Part shown: positions 26,901 to 39,656 of the stretch, piece by piece | Layout of the letters: each line of letters begins with the position of its first letter | Position numbering within the stretch: the first letter of the stretch is position 1 | From: Tubiluchus corallicola | Taxonomy: Eukaryota > Animalia > Priapulida | DNA length: 64,000 bases | NCBI GenBank assembly: GCA_030141605.1 | Contig: JAQGDQ010000407.1 | Coordinates: forward strand, 126,942 to 190,941 | Direction: 5' to 3' | Program-made: the position numbers and the translations under genes | The notes under the pieces: generated by a model | The model's database searches: none | What the model saw: the letters and a program-made list of their open reading frames with translations, nothing else | What the model was told of the DNA's origin: nothing

Positions 26901-27953
26901 GATTATTATATATATATTAATAATAATATATATATATTACATATATATATATATAAGATCTTTTAAGAAACGTAGAAATAGTTGTCCTACGTAAAGTGGA
27001 TTTCTATACAGCAATGTCAGATCAAAACGAAATTGTCGAATTTTGACGACAAATAATTTGTGAAAAATCCCAACAGATGGCAAATACACAACAGGCACAA
27101 TAATTTAAGCACACTAGAGCAGCTGTATACTAAAGAAACATAAGATTGACCGACAAAAAGATACACTAGGTATCATAGCATTTTGTAAATCCAAGAAAAC
27201 TGATTTTGTAGTAAAGTACTGTTATCATATCTGAAGTGTTAGTTATGTATCGGCCGTATGTACAATCCTGCCCATATGTGCTGCCAATACCCTAAATGAA
27301 ACACCAGCACCTGATTAAAAGAGAGCATTTGGGTTACTCGCCTATTGAGTTTTTCTCCGCTCAGCAGACTGGATACGTCACTGAGAACACCATTTACAAT
27401 TGTCACTGAACCTTTCTTTCGTAAAAAATTAGAATATGAAGTAACTCAATTGTGATGTCACAAAATTAAAAACTGGTAAAAACTTATTAAGACGAAAACG
27501 GGAACAAAAACGAGAATGGCGAAACAAACCTCTCTAAAGAGTTACTTTGCACGCGTAGCCCCAAAAATTCTTGGGCTAGAACCATAAAGGGCTGTGTAAA
27601 CCGGCACTTGAGCAAGGTATGTTTTCTTATGTTACTTCGATATGACTATTGAATAATGTTACAAACTCTGCTGTTTTGTTTAGGAAACGAATAAGAGGGT
27701 GGGAGAGGAGGTGGTCTCTGAAACGCAAGAAGACGATGCATCTAGTAAAGACAAACGAACCATTGTTGCCGGATCTGTTCTCATTGCAATAGTTCTTATT
27801 ATTTGGCCAATCATCATCATTCTGCTCATTATCATTGTCAGAACTATTCATAAGTTCTATAAGCGCTTACAGGATGAAAGTAGGCAGTTAAACCAGGGGG
27901 CAGTCAGTGCTGTTACCGCTGCACCAGGCGAAAAATACGTCAGTAAATTCTAA
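17941..27953 (+). CDS. Two-TM membrane protein with extracellular NIT (nitrate/nitrite-sensing) domain; NIT-GC-like ectodomain without a visible cyclase domain, ~378 aa
   Basis: Exons 17941-18085, 20794-20912, 22745-22873, 23582-23655, 24677-24828, 25766-26013 and 27684-27953 splice in frame (1137 nt), all GT-AG. TM1 is ILIIVAVSIPILVVII. NIT motifs: IVHVLQIERGTTALYVSS, YAQTDAA, HRNSLD..EEIAFYTKIN, LIVSKEQAGIERALGSTYF and WFANMTQYINQL. TM2 is IVAGSVLIAIVLIIWPIIIILLIIIV. The last splice/stop is uncertain (alternative donors near 27880 and at 27939). Confidence 0.85.
19916..20743. mobile_element. Non-autonomous TIR element with subterminal tandem repeats
   Basis: TIR GGTTTTATGTGTCAAATGTAGAC ... 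GTCTACATTTGACGTGTAAAACC, flanked by TATA on both sides. ~21-bp TCAAATGTAGAC repeats lie inside the left end and are inverted at the right end. Confidence 0.75.
22111..22658 (+). mobile_element. ~600-bp MITE family A (TTAA-flanked, Kolobok-like), 5'-truncated copy
   Basis: Homologous to 36066-36616, 46300-46929 and 49650-50268. Ends GGACCCGGTTTTGCT-TTAA. Confidence 0.8.
23744..24298 (-). mobile_element. Internally deleted RTE-clade non-LTR retrotransposon (5' UTR fused to ORF C-terminus and (AAG)n tail)
   Basis: Minus-strand VVRPALIYGLE...EMRMLRWMVGITRRDKIRN and RWYGHLKRR...RRRGRPKRRW are RTE C-terminal motifs. Tail (TTC)n at 23744-23761. RTE-type 5' UTR motif gccggtcccaagcccggataaa..gaagggcatcc. 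Imperfect ~20-bp TSD at 23723-23743 and 24299-24318. Confidence 0.85.
24947..25312 (+). repeat. Dispersed repeat family B, copy 1
   Basis: Near-identical inverted copy at ~54198-54607. Confidence 0.85.
26270..26630 (+). mobile_element. Degraded L2/CR1-group LINE 3' fragment
   Basis: LLWNSLPLQVKQIKSLSAFKTKLKSL-type C-terminal motif at ~26535-26620. Confidence 0.55.
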
Positions 27954-29329
27954 TTAAGATAATTTGGTTTTAATTGACATTCGTCTTGAAATCACCTAAT
28001 GATTTCGTCTAATAAAAACCAAGAACAAATATTACTGACTGGGTGCAGTATGACTGCAAATGGGGGATATAATATTGAACTGGAAACACTTTGTGTTTAT
28101 GTTCGGAAATTAAGGAACTGATGAATATAAATCATTGAATGAAATGACTAAGGCAAAACAAATTAAATTCAAGAAGTCGTGAAACGACTGGTGCACAACA
28201 TCATTGAATAAACAAATAAAATCTAAAAAAAACTCCTTATTACTGTAATTGTGACCACAGTGATTCTGTTTTCTGTTACTGTGTGTTCTTCCGTGTGTTT
28301 TTTCGGCGTGGATCTGTGACTTTTATATATGATTGTATACTGTTTTAAATGCGGCATTTTTATGCGTAAGTAATATAAAATACTCTTCAAAAATTAGTAT
28401 TAGAAGCTTTATCTTATTTTTTCAACTTCTTTCTTTCCTCCTGATGTTAAACTACGGCTGTGGTGGTTCTGACACGTCGTGCTTTTTCACTATTTTAATT
28501 GAGAGTTTTTTTTTCATTATTACGAGTATTCTTTCCATTAAGAATCAAATCTGTGTTATTTCCATTCCTTGTGATATTATTTCACATTAATTACATCTTT
28601 GTCCAGACATATGTAACTAAATCATCTCGGCGAAAAAAGTACAAAAATTATTTTTTTGGTAATCGGGATCTACTCGAAAGGTGCATTATGGGCAGGGGTT
28701 TTTACAGGGTTAATAAAATGAGAAAAGAAATTAACAAACTTCGTATTTCAAGCGCAGAAATGGTTGTTATAACTGCCTCAAAAATTTAAAAAAATCTCTG
28801 AAAATTAACTGTTCCTTCAATGGTATATTTTATTTGACATGTAATTGTTATCATGAACTGTAATTCCAGTATTGTAAATCGAGTGTGATTATTTTATTGT
28901 TAATTAGAATTTGTTCAGTATTGTTTGCAAGAGCAAGTTAGATATCAATAGCAGATTGTTTACTGTTATTTACCATTTATTTCATAATTTTTGTTTTGTT
29001 ACTTAGTCGTCTGCTCACATAAGCTGCAGTTTCTGCAGAAAAGGCCAAAAAGATAGAATGTCGCTCGATTTTGCAGCAAAGTGTGATTAGAGTTCATATA
29101 TGTCTTTATACCTTTTTATTCTACTAATTATTTTCAATTTCCTGTTAAAATGTACAAAGATACTTATAGTTTATAAATAAATTGTACTAAACTAACCTAC
29201 TTTTCGCACTTATTGTTTTGCATTAGTGTATATGATAACTTCTGATTCGTCCTCAGCGATCTCAAATTAGAATTTCTTCTATTTAAGTACATCACAGTTC
29301 GAAAATTCCATGCCAAATTTTAGAAATTC

Positions 29330-29455
29330 TGGAATATTCCAACATTTGGATGTAAGCCAGCGCTTGTCCTTTCTTCAAAAAAGGTGCCAGGCAATTAAAA
29401 AAATTACCGGCCAGTATCTCTTCAACCATGCTTATCTAAAGCGTTCTAACGAATA
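29330..29455 (+). mobile_element. LINE RT N-terminal fragment
   Basis: Frameshifted FKKG...NYRPVSL.PCLSKAF motif. Confidence 0.5.
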
Positions 29456-29789
29456 AACATTGTCGTTGTGAACAACCGAAAATCATTAAAAAATACATTT
29501 AATTTTCAATTAGATTAACAACCTGTAAAACAGTTATTACTGTAGAAGATATGGCTTTTATCTACCTGGTACCTATTCTAAAAATGGGCTTAGTCTAATA
29601 GTGAACGGTTGCTCTAGCTTTGCTATATTCTGTGCAACTAGTTGGCTGTTACAAGACATTACATGCAGACATCGTTTTACTTATATTTCTATGGAAACTT
29701 CTACATCAATAAACGTTTAAAGTTTATTCTACTGTTATGCCTTTCGTCTATAGACAGTCATCTATTAATAAGTAAACATTTTATTTTCA

Positions 29790-30240
29790 AGAACGGTGGC
29801 CCAACGAGAACAAACTTGAGCTCCAATAGCAGCGCCATCTGTTAGCTGATTCAGTAAGCATTTCGAAAGCTCGACTAAGACTTTGATTACAGTCAGATGT
29901 TACGAACAGTTTAACATAATCGCCATATAACTTGGCATAGGCTGAGTTTAAATTGTCAGGCAAATCATTTATATCCAATAAAAATAATTTTGTTTTTAAT
30001 ATGAACCCTGCGTTTTGCAGGAAACAATTCTTTAATATTTAGAGAACTTGGAACCTACACGTACACGCTGGTCACGAGTAGACAAGAATGCAGAAATGCA
30101 TTTTAACAGATCACCAGAAATACCATATGCTACTAATTTACATACTAACTTAGGGTATACAATTGAATCAAACGCTTTAGAAAGGTCAAATTATATGACA
30201 TCAACATTTTCCCCTCCATTCATTTGTACATTCTAACAAT
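29790..30240 (-). mobile_element. CR1-type reverse transcriptase pseudo-fragment
   Basis: VDVI*FDLSKAFDSIVYPKLVCKLVAYGISGDLLKCISAFLSTRDQRVRVG followed by INDLP..AKLYGDYVKLF (YADD-equivalent), with stops and frameshifts. Confidence 0.8.
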
Positions 30241-30284
30241 TGTGTACAAGTAGATTTAGCCTTTAAAAATCGCGCTGTGCTTTT

Positions 30285-30690
30285 GTGATAAGAGTAAAGA
30301 GAAATTGTTAAATTATGTTAAAAGCAGTAGATTATGATAAATAATTATGTTGATAGATGCTGGGTATGTTATGTTGATGTATGAGGAAACCAGTTAAGGA
30401 GTGGTGTCACGTGATTACGTGATCCAGGAATTGAGGTTCTGGGGTTCCGTGCACGGTATACAAGACGTGCGGGGCCTCCAGCTCCAGGAATTAGTCTGAG
30501 CTTGAGTCTGGGAGCCGGAGCGTACAGACAGCCGCTAGATCAGGGGCTTGTGGCTTTGCTATCTACTGTATTATGTATATTGTGTTGATGTTTAATAAAC
30601 GTGTCATTTTATAATCAGACTCTTCGTAGCTTCTTTGCCATTCCTCAGGCATCAATAAGCAGCTATACACAACCAATACAACGCAATAAC
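30285..30690 (+). mobile_element. Possible solo LTR
   Basis: GC-richer island with TG start candidates, a TATA-like motif, AATAAA at ~30594 and a CA-rich end. No TSD was confirmed. Confidence 0.3.
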
Positions 30691-31395
30691 CACTATACAA
30701 CGAAATTAATTTTACTATAAGCTAACGAGAAACAAATAACGCAACAATTCATTTTTGATGCATTGTTTCCATTGCTTTGCAGGCAACGCAAGTTAACGAA
30801 ATCGGTCGATAATTACTGGAGTCAACCGGGGACCTTTTTTTAAAAACTCGAATGATATCTGCCGTTAATCCAAATCGTGGTCGGAATATAGGAACGAAAG
30901 ATGGGCAAAAATGGCTCTCAAAGGAGCCGCTAAGTAGTAGCCAAGTTTAGAAAATAAAAGACACAGTTAGTCATCTGGGTTGTGATTGCATTCAGTTTTC
31001 AAGTATTTCTAAAACGTGGTAGATGTTTTGTACAGAAAAGTTTGCATTTGCATTAAAATATCAATTGGTTACATTTGCAATTAAAAATATCAATCAAACT
31101 ATTCACAGTTTGCGCTACTTTGTTATCCTTGGCAGAACTGTCTCTTGAGAAAAAAATAGATAAAATATCAGCTTTTGCAGAATCTTCAACCTCAGTGGTA
31201 TCATTTAATTTAAGATGCGCAATGCTACTCTTGCCATTGCGCTTCGAGTTTACGTATTGGAAGACTGCATTCACCTTACAAGAATTTAATATTTTATTTT
31301 CTTTGACGCATTCAGAAATATATGTATATATATGAATATATATATATATATATATATCCCAACTGTGACGGGAACACAAAAGAATTTCCTTCATA

Positions 31396-31730
31396 GCATA
31401 TGGTGTTCTCAGAAATCTTTATTTCTGTATATAAAAAAATGAAAATAATAAATTTGACTGCTTTCACTGCTTACAAATGTATTATAATCTAATTATTATA
31501 ATTTAAGACAATAAACGTAAATATTACTCACATCGTGCAGCTATAACAACTTAATACATCCTTGGAATGTCATACTGGTTTACAGCAAATCAGGTAGAGA
31601 CGCTACAAATAATTGCTTGAAAATTTATCTAAACATTATTTAACGTTTGCTGAGGCTTCTGTAAGCGTGTTCAGTGAGGCTCAACCTAATTTACAACTTC
31701 ACAGGTAAAATTACAGGTAAGATCACATAG
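31396..31730 (+). repeat. Dispersed repeat, copy 2 of 8357-8630
   Basis: Shares sequence blocks with 8357-8630. Confidence 0.6.
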
Positions 31731-31772
31731 GTGCTGCCACCTACATGTTAACGCCAGAAACTGACCTTAACA

Positions 31773-31925
31773 CCAACTATGTAAGAATATTATAACGAAG
31801 AAGAAAGCTTATCTGGCGGTCCCATGGTCAATTGAATATGTATATATATATATATTCAATTGACCATTGACCACGGGACAGCCAGATAAGCTTTTTTCTT
31901 CGCTATAATATTCTTACATAGTTGG
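31773..31925. repeat. Long inverted repeat (hairpin) with a (TA)n centre
   Basis: CCAACTATGTAAGAATATTATAACGAAGAA...TTCTTCGCTATAATATTCTTACATAGTTGG; arms of ~70 nt with few mismatches. Confidence 0.9.
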
Positions 31926-34900
31926 GGCCCACCTTTTCCTTTGACTCAAATTCCGAAATGGAATAAACTTTTTTATACCCTCACTCACTACGTTACAAAA
32001 ACTGTTCCACATGTTATACACGGGTGTGAAATTTTTGCTTGGTTGATTGGCTGGGTAGGTTGGTTTGATAGCTTGGTTTGTTCTTTGCTTAGCGATTTAT
32101 ACAGATAGCTTGTTAAACAGTTATTTGGTTAGTTTGTTAGTCAACCAGCCTGTCAGTTTGTCAGCAAGTCAGTCAACTAGTTAATCAGTTAGCCAATAAG
32201 TTACTCACCTGATCAAGCAGTTATTTTATTTGTTAGTCAATTGTTTTGTTCTTGTTTGTTGTTATATTCACATGATTACTCTTTTCTTTGTTCTGTCATA
32301 CATTTGTTCCAATAAATAGTGACTGACTGACTGACTACTGCTTGTGTATTTAAATAACTAACCGGCGTTGCAGCTATTCAAACAGATGATTAAAGTCGGC
32401 TGTTTGCCTTTTTCAAAGAGACGACCGCCAAGATATCTTGGAGGCGCAGTGGTCTCCTGTGACGAGGGAAACTTGTAAGTTAACTTGAAAGCTAATTATC
32501 TTTCCAATTTGGTGTCAAGGCGTAAAGAACAAAAGTTCAAGTCCCTATAATAGTACACCTACGTTTTTGTGAGTTCCAGCTAAAAATAGAATAATTAGTC
32601 TGATTATAAGTGAAAAAACTGTTAAATGGTAAACCACAAACACACTAATGTGAATTTTAAGGTGAATTGTTATACTGGTGAGTCCTTTATAGAAAATGCA
32701 CCAGAATATCTGAAACAAGTCAGTCAATCAGCAGCTGTAAACTTGTATGTGTGAAAGGTTTCTATGCCATAAGATATCTGCCCTATATGGATTATCATAG
32801 GTTTTCCACCTATACGTGAAAGTTCGTGACATTAAGTCTGACGTAGGTCCTTCAAACGTGGCAATACAAATTTTTTGTGTCATAGGTCATCCAGATGTAG
32901 ACAATCTTCACATCAAAATCGTCTTGGCGCACCAAATGTTGTCCAAATGTGTCAAAAGAAAAGCTTAAATAAAAGAAGCTTGCGATTTTGGCATTGTTTC
33001 AATTGCGTCACATATAATATACATGTATGTATCTTACAATGTACATATACAATGTTTGTATCTTTATGTATCTTTATGTATATACAATGTTGGTATATTT
33101 ATGTGTAAAACACATAACAAACTGTTCCCTAATTTCTTTGCAAATCCTGTGAGTTTAAACCCTAAAGTCCATAACACCAGATTTAATGAATACATTATAC
33201 CGCCTTGTAGAACCAATTCAATGAAACACTTTATAAGCATGACTGCACCTGAAATCTGGAATTCCCTCCCCGTACCTGTGTTTTTATGTGTTCTTTGTTT
33301 ATTTTGTTAATATATATTATATGTACATAACCTATATCTTTGTCAACTGTCAAATTTACAAACATTAATTGTAGTTTATGTCTATCTTTGTCTATACCTT
33401 TATACGTTGTACTTATTATTTAAGAATCTTGTTTTTATGGCAATACACACCACCCCCATCTCTCTCCATTCTTCCCACTATTTTTCCCCAACGTTTATTA
33501 TTACTACTAACCTTGTTTCCTTCTCTTTTCCACATTTTCAGCAAGTTGCTTAGGCAGGTCTCAGTTCGTTGGTTCGTTGCTAGTTAAGTACAGTCACCAT
33601 GGCAGTCAGTCAGTCAGTCAGTTAGTCAGTCAGTTCAGTCAGTCAATTTGTTAATTTCTCACTCAGTCGATCGGTAAGCATTTATTTATTTACTTATTTA
33701 TTTAGTTATTTATTTATTTCTGCTTTTTGTTAAAAAACATGTATTTATTTGTTCTCATTGTTGCTTCTTTTATAAAGTCACTTCAAAAACAGCCAACATA
33801 CAAAGACTTTAATATTACGCTCCCTTGAACCTGTTAGCTGATCCTGTTAACAATTTCTATGTTTCATCAATAATGTACGTACATGTATTTTGCAATCTGT
33901 CAATAAAATACCATTTAAACTAACTTTTACCTTGGAAAAAGTCCAACTTAACACTCTTTGTCAGAAGCATGATTTGAGCGACTTGGGACAATAAGACATT
34001 TAAAAAACATGAATGATTTTTTAATTAAAATAGTATAAATATTTTAATCTATTTAACCTAACCATATACGGGGGGGGGGGGGGGAGTGGGAGAGGAAGAT
34101 GACCGAGCGATGGGGTACCCACGTGTCATCCTCGTGTGCTGAAATAAATAAATGCAACTACTAAACATCTATCCCTACGCTCCGTTTAAGGCATTGGACC
34201 ATTCCTCTCTTTGTGGTTGCAAAGCTACCAGGTACTGTCCATAGCGTGCAATTTTTAGTACAGAAACATTTTGTCTGATAACTCAAGTGATATATGTGAC
34301 TAAATTCTGCATGTATGCCTGTGTATAAGCCAATTTCTAGGTAAATAAGATTGATAAATATATCGACTTCTACATATTATAACTTTTTGGTACAGACTAA
34401 GTTTTTCATGGCTGAATTTTACACTATACTTGCTTATATACATATACATTATATATACATATATACATATAATACATATATACATATATACAATATGTAT
34501 ATTATACAATATGTACAATATATTATTTGTATATAATGTATATATGTATATAATATATATAATTAGAATATATATATTATATGACTTGATAACACAGCAC
34601 AGGTTTTGTAATAAACTGTCTGGTGTATAATTATGGGTATAAGAATTCCAAAATGTTTTGGTAATAATCTAAATGGATATTCAGGAGGGCATTAGAGTTT
34701 GCAGAAGTTTTAGTCGAATTTAACACATTTTCGCTTATATTTCTAAACATTATTAATTTACTGATTTCCTTAAAGCATATATTTAGGTGAAAACTTTGGA
34801 ATGCTCTTCCCGAAAGAGATTCGTTCTTTAAGTTCTGTCATAACCTTCAAAAAGGGCTGCCAAGACGCACTTGTTTCTTGAACATTTTACTGAATTGTTT

Positions 34901-35227
34901 TAGTTTATCCCTGTTTTATTGATTTGCACTGCAAATATTTCAGTACATTAATTTAAGCTTTGTATTTTTGTAGCAATGACTTTATATTATTTTCATGCAA
35001 ATTTTAACTAAAAATTTTAAATTATAACTGTTTTAACTATTTTTACCGTAAATTGCAACTGCGAATCTTTGTTCAGTATATCATATAATATCATACGTAA
35101 CTATTTCTTTTAAACTGTAACAGCATAATTATTTTTATTGCAATTGCTTGTGTGATTTTTTATCTCCTTTAATTTTATTGTAAAAAGTACCGAGATCTTT
35201 AGATGGAGTGCGTTTTCAAGAATAAAC

Positions 35228-35393
<166 letters not shown>

Positions 35394-36065
35394 AAAACAA
35401 GCTTAGATACAGTCATTACATACCCGAGGATTAAAAATGTCACTGTTGCCACTCAGACTTGCGAGTGAAAGTTTTATGTAATTTAAAACAACGGCTAAGA
35501 TATTGACTTCTTTAACCAATAAACACAAGTCAAGTTTCTTTTATTCGTAGAGTACTATAGTAAGTTCAATGTCTGCAGTGCCATCTATGAACAGTTAGTG
35601 AAATTGCTTATGTAATTGAATATGTCAGTCTCACAGGAGTCTCAGCGGACACTTGTCTGGCCTCTCTGCCGTCAAATCCCGTCAGCGGACATCACAACAT
35701 CACCGGGGTTGTCATAGAAAAAGTGAGGAGATAGCTGGTCTTGAACTTGTCGATTATTTAGAGACATCTCCTCGCTTATCGATCACAAACGTGTGACGCA
35801 TTGATATTCGCTGACGGTATTTGAACTTTCAACCTGACTATGATTACTAACATTACTTGATTAGTATTTAAAATTGGTCACTCTTTCCAGCCATAGCTAT
35901 CTATGGCTGCATCTTTGTCTTTGAGCTTTTATTTGGGTTTAGAGACAGCTTCTATTAACGATTTTACTTTCGTTCTTAGAAATGTCACATCACACACGCA
36001 TATGCACACGCACAAACACGCAGCTTCTTTTAATACCTTTTTCGAAGTTCTCAAACTTTGTGAAG

Positions 36066-36616
36066 TAGGAAAACAGGATGATTTTTCATATACACCCCAC
36101 TTTCAAGAACGGAAAAAATACATTTTAACCTATAATGCTGCAAAAGCGTATTAAATAATTAAATAATAGACTAAAATCTTAATTAACGGCGCGGGAGCCC
36201 AACTAGTGATGATATCACAAACTAACATAATTTTCAACATCAAAAACATTCTATGAGCGTGTTGAAGTACAGTGCTATTGTAAAAGATTCAGTGTGTTGT
36301 ACTAAAACTAGACAAGTTTAAGATAAAAATTCAAATTTCAAATTTACCGCTGTGTTCACGTACGAGCTGTCGAACGTGTGTAGTTCGTCACAGACTAACA
36401 CATCTGAACTGAGAGGCACAGCACCTGCTTTTGTGCAACGCTTTCCAAAATGCAGGTGCTAGTGCCCGTCTAACTGGTGAATGTCGAAATTGTGTTTATG
36501 TGGTAATAATTCTTTCACGTAAGTCGTTTTTGAAAAAATAGTATGTTTCCTTTCATTATTTTAAAGAGTAGATTGTTTTGATCTACAGTTTAGGATTGGG
36601 CCCGGTTGTGCTTTAA
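36066..36616 (+). mobile_element. MITE family A copy (Kolobok-like)
   Basis: Homologous to the other three copies; ends GGGCCCGGTTGTGCT-TTAA. Confidence 0.8.
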
Positions 36617-37495
36617 GAACATTTATTTCTGCAGCTGTTATTAAAAACCTCGTTTCTGTCCTGTGATATTTTCTCAGGACTTTGGATGGGACATTTTTTA
36701 AGGCTAGACGCAAAACATAGTTCAGGTGTTGCCAGCTCGATTTCGTATAAAAATAAAAATGTATTTTAGTACGAGGATGCAGCATTTAGCACGAAGCACA
36801 CTTTGAAAAATTTATTCACGCAAAGTAAGCCTAAAAAGAAGCTTCCGGTTTGTCCGTCGAACACCCACGAAACTAACCATAATTATATAAACGCAATAAA
36901 CAATTGATTAAATGTAATAAAAGTGCTATAAATTTTAGCACAAAGGTTAAAGCTCAGTTTACTGTACTTACGCAGTCACGAAGCTAATTACCTCAACGCA
37001 ATTGTAAATGTAATATAGCAAACAAGTCCCTTCTAAAAGTACGCAGTTAATAATTCATTAGGATTTACAACTGGTTTTAAATGGGATTGTCTACTTAATG
37101 TGCATGATTAGTTGCAAATTGCAACACACAGTCAAGTCGGCGAAGTGAAAGTACATATACATTTAGTTGATCGCAGAATTTATAAAACCGATGAACTCAA
37201 AATCCGCATTTAAATTTGACAATGAATATCATTAACTGCTCGTTAATCGTTACAGTAACCCAGAAATAAAGTCGTACGTAAGCTTTGATTTTTAATGCAA
37301 TAGTATTTACTTCTGTAGGGTGTTGATAGATGGTAGACGTTAGTCTATGTCCAAACGTTCTAGAATCGATTTATTTAAAGTGATGATTATGTGAGTTATC
37401 TAGTGTCACTATGTTGTACTTCACCTTGGCTTTGACCCAAAGGCCTGTATGCTAAGTACAGTAATTGAATTTAGTTGCAAACAGTGAGCGTTATA

Positions 37496-37574
37496 GAGTA
37501 AGTCACTGCTTAACGACGCTAATGCATTCCAGCTAACGTCGTTAAACGGGGAGTCGTTAACCGAGGACTTACTG
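37496..37574. mobile_element. Tiny Tc1/pogo (Tigger)-like MITE
   Basis: TA-flanked imperfect TIRs GAGTAAGTCACTGCTTAACGAC / GTCGTTAACCGAGGACTTACTG. Confidence 0.55.
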
Positions 37575-37579
37575 TATGT

Positions 37580-38077
37580 CAGGTGTGTAAATTTCGCCCG
37601 TGGGCCACATGCGGCCCGCCGAGAGAATATGTGCGGCCCGCCAAGAGATTTGTCAACCTAATGAAAGTGCGGCCCGGGCGATTAATTGAGTGTATCCAAC
37701 TGAAGTCCGTGCCACGATCCCAAAGATAGTGCGGGTAGTTTTTTCTACTAGATCGGATGCCATTAACCCTTACAAGACGGTTGTAGCTTAGTAACACTGT
37801 ACTACACAGACTGTGTGATACACATTACTATTATGCATTGTATTGGAATTACCACTATCTGTCCTGAAAGTAGAAATATATGGTTTGTAATATAAATTTT
37901 AAGAACTTCTAAAATAGATTCTTGAGTGTAGTAGTGATGATGTACGCAGGTCGGATGCAAAAAAAATCGTTATTAGGCCTTTTTGTACTTGGCTCCTTGA
38001 TCAAACTGCTCGTGGCCCGCAGGAATTGCGGGAAAGTTTAATGTGGCCCGGCTAGTCAGATAATTTGCACACCCCTG
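37580..38077. mobile_element. hAT (Charlie-like) MITE
   Basis: CAGG...CCCCTG termini, GGCCCG subterminal repeats, perfect 8-bp TSD CTGTATGT (37572-37579 / 38078-38085). Confidence 0.9.
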
Positions 38078-38446
38078 CTGTATGTCAAAGACCACTAAAT
38101 CAAAGGCATTCAAAATTGACACAGAGGGAAGTTGTTACTGTGGAGCTTCACTTTAGTGTGTTCACGGCTTTTACACTGCAAACTGGGTAGAGGATATGTG
38201 AATTTACAGCCCACTGAGGTTACAGTGAGGTGTCACGTATAAATAATACATTATGCAAAACCAAGTTTTCAAAGCTTGATCATCCAGCAACCAATAATAA
38301 TTTCCTAATGTAAATGTATAAGATTTGCTTGCTTTATTGCATTCTTTATAGTTGAGGCTTGTCGATGTAAGGATGACCACTGCCTGATTGAAAAGTCTTG
38401 CATGACCTTTGTTTATGATTATATTTTTTGCATATAATAATTAGAC

Positions 38447-38765
38447 CAGTGGTTCTTAACCTAGGTTCGATCGAACACTAGGGGTTCAGTGAGTCGATCT
38501 CAGGGGTTCGGCAGAGGCAAAGGCAACAGCAGAAGTCACACTGATTTGCAGGAATGTAATTTGTTGTGAGTTTATGCATTGTGTTGGTTTTGTTCTTTGA
38601 ACAGGGTGATGTTCAAGCACGGCTCATTTTGTGTACCAGTAAAAAACATATCTATGTCTTGAATTTGAAAAAAATCACATTTTATTTTTCACTAAAGAGG
38701 GGTAAGGTGAATACGCATATGAAACTGGTGGGGTTCGGTACCTCCAACAAGGTTAAGAACCACTG
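38447..38765. mobile_element. hAT MITE with perfect 16-bp TIRs
   Basis: TIR CAGTGGTTCTTAACCT / AGGTTAAGAACCACTG; perfect 8-bp TSD AATTAGAC (38439-38446 / 38766-38773); GGTTCG subterminal motifs. Confidence 0.93.
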
Positions 38766-39656
38766 AATTAGACACACATACAGATGGTTTTAATTAAAAA
38801 AATGCACTTGCAAAACTATGCCAAACTTGCAAATAATTTAGAAAAAAAAATTATTGAAAAAGAAAATTAATTAATTACTGTGATAAGCATTAAATTTTTC
38901 CATTAAGCATCGCATATATTATGTGCTCCTCCTGTACACACGGTGGAAAAAATAAATAATGTTTTATTACTTAATGAACTCAGTGACTAGCAAAAATATA
39001 ATAATAGTAGTAGTGTAAAGCAATGCAATTTCAAGTGGAAATTGATAAGTGAGCAGGCGAACCTGTTTTATGTTGCTGCTTATGCGAAAGCAACAGGGGT
39101 CCAGAGTACTGTTTTGCAAAAAAACTCGGTGTAAAAAGACACGGAACCCCAGGCTTATGATTAACCTCACGCAGTTTAAATGTAAGGCGTGCAGTAAAAG
39201 TTAAATGTGTGTACGACAAGTGTTTGCTACAATTTTTGGTATCTTGTGATTTGGCTCTTGAATGAAATATTTTTGCAAACGCTGATGAAACTATTAAGCT
39301 AAGCATCTCGCCAAGATCTTTCAAAACACGCCATATTACCATTCCATTCCACGTTCACTTAGATCCCAACAATGTTAATCGAAGAAGTTGTGTCACTTTC
39401 TAGAGGACATTCCGAGAGGTTGTGGTTTGTCCGACCTTCTTCTGTCCACTGACAATTCACAGTACAGCACGAAGCAAATAGAATGTCGAGTCATGACGAG
39501 AGAGAGACTATGGGAGCAAAAATGAGACTATTGCGAAAATGAGGCGCACGTATGCAGAGATACTGAAGGGCATTTTACTATTTTAAAAGTATTCCTTAGG
39601 ACACCAGCAAAATGTATACTTGTCCACTTCTCCATGACTAGTGTCTATGGATAAAC

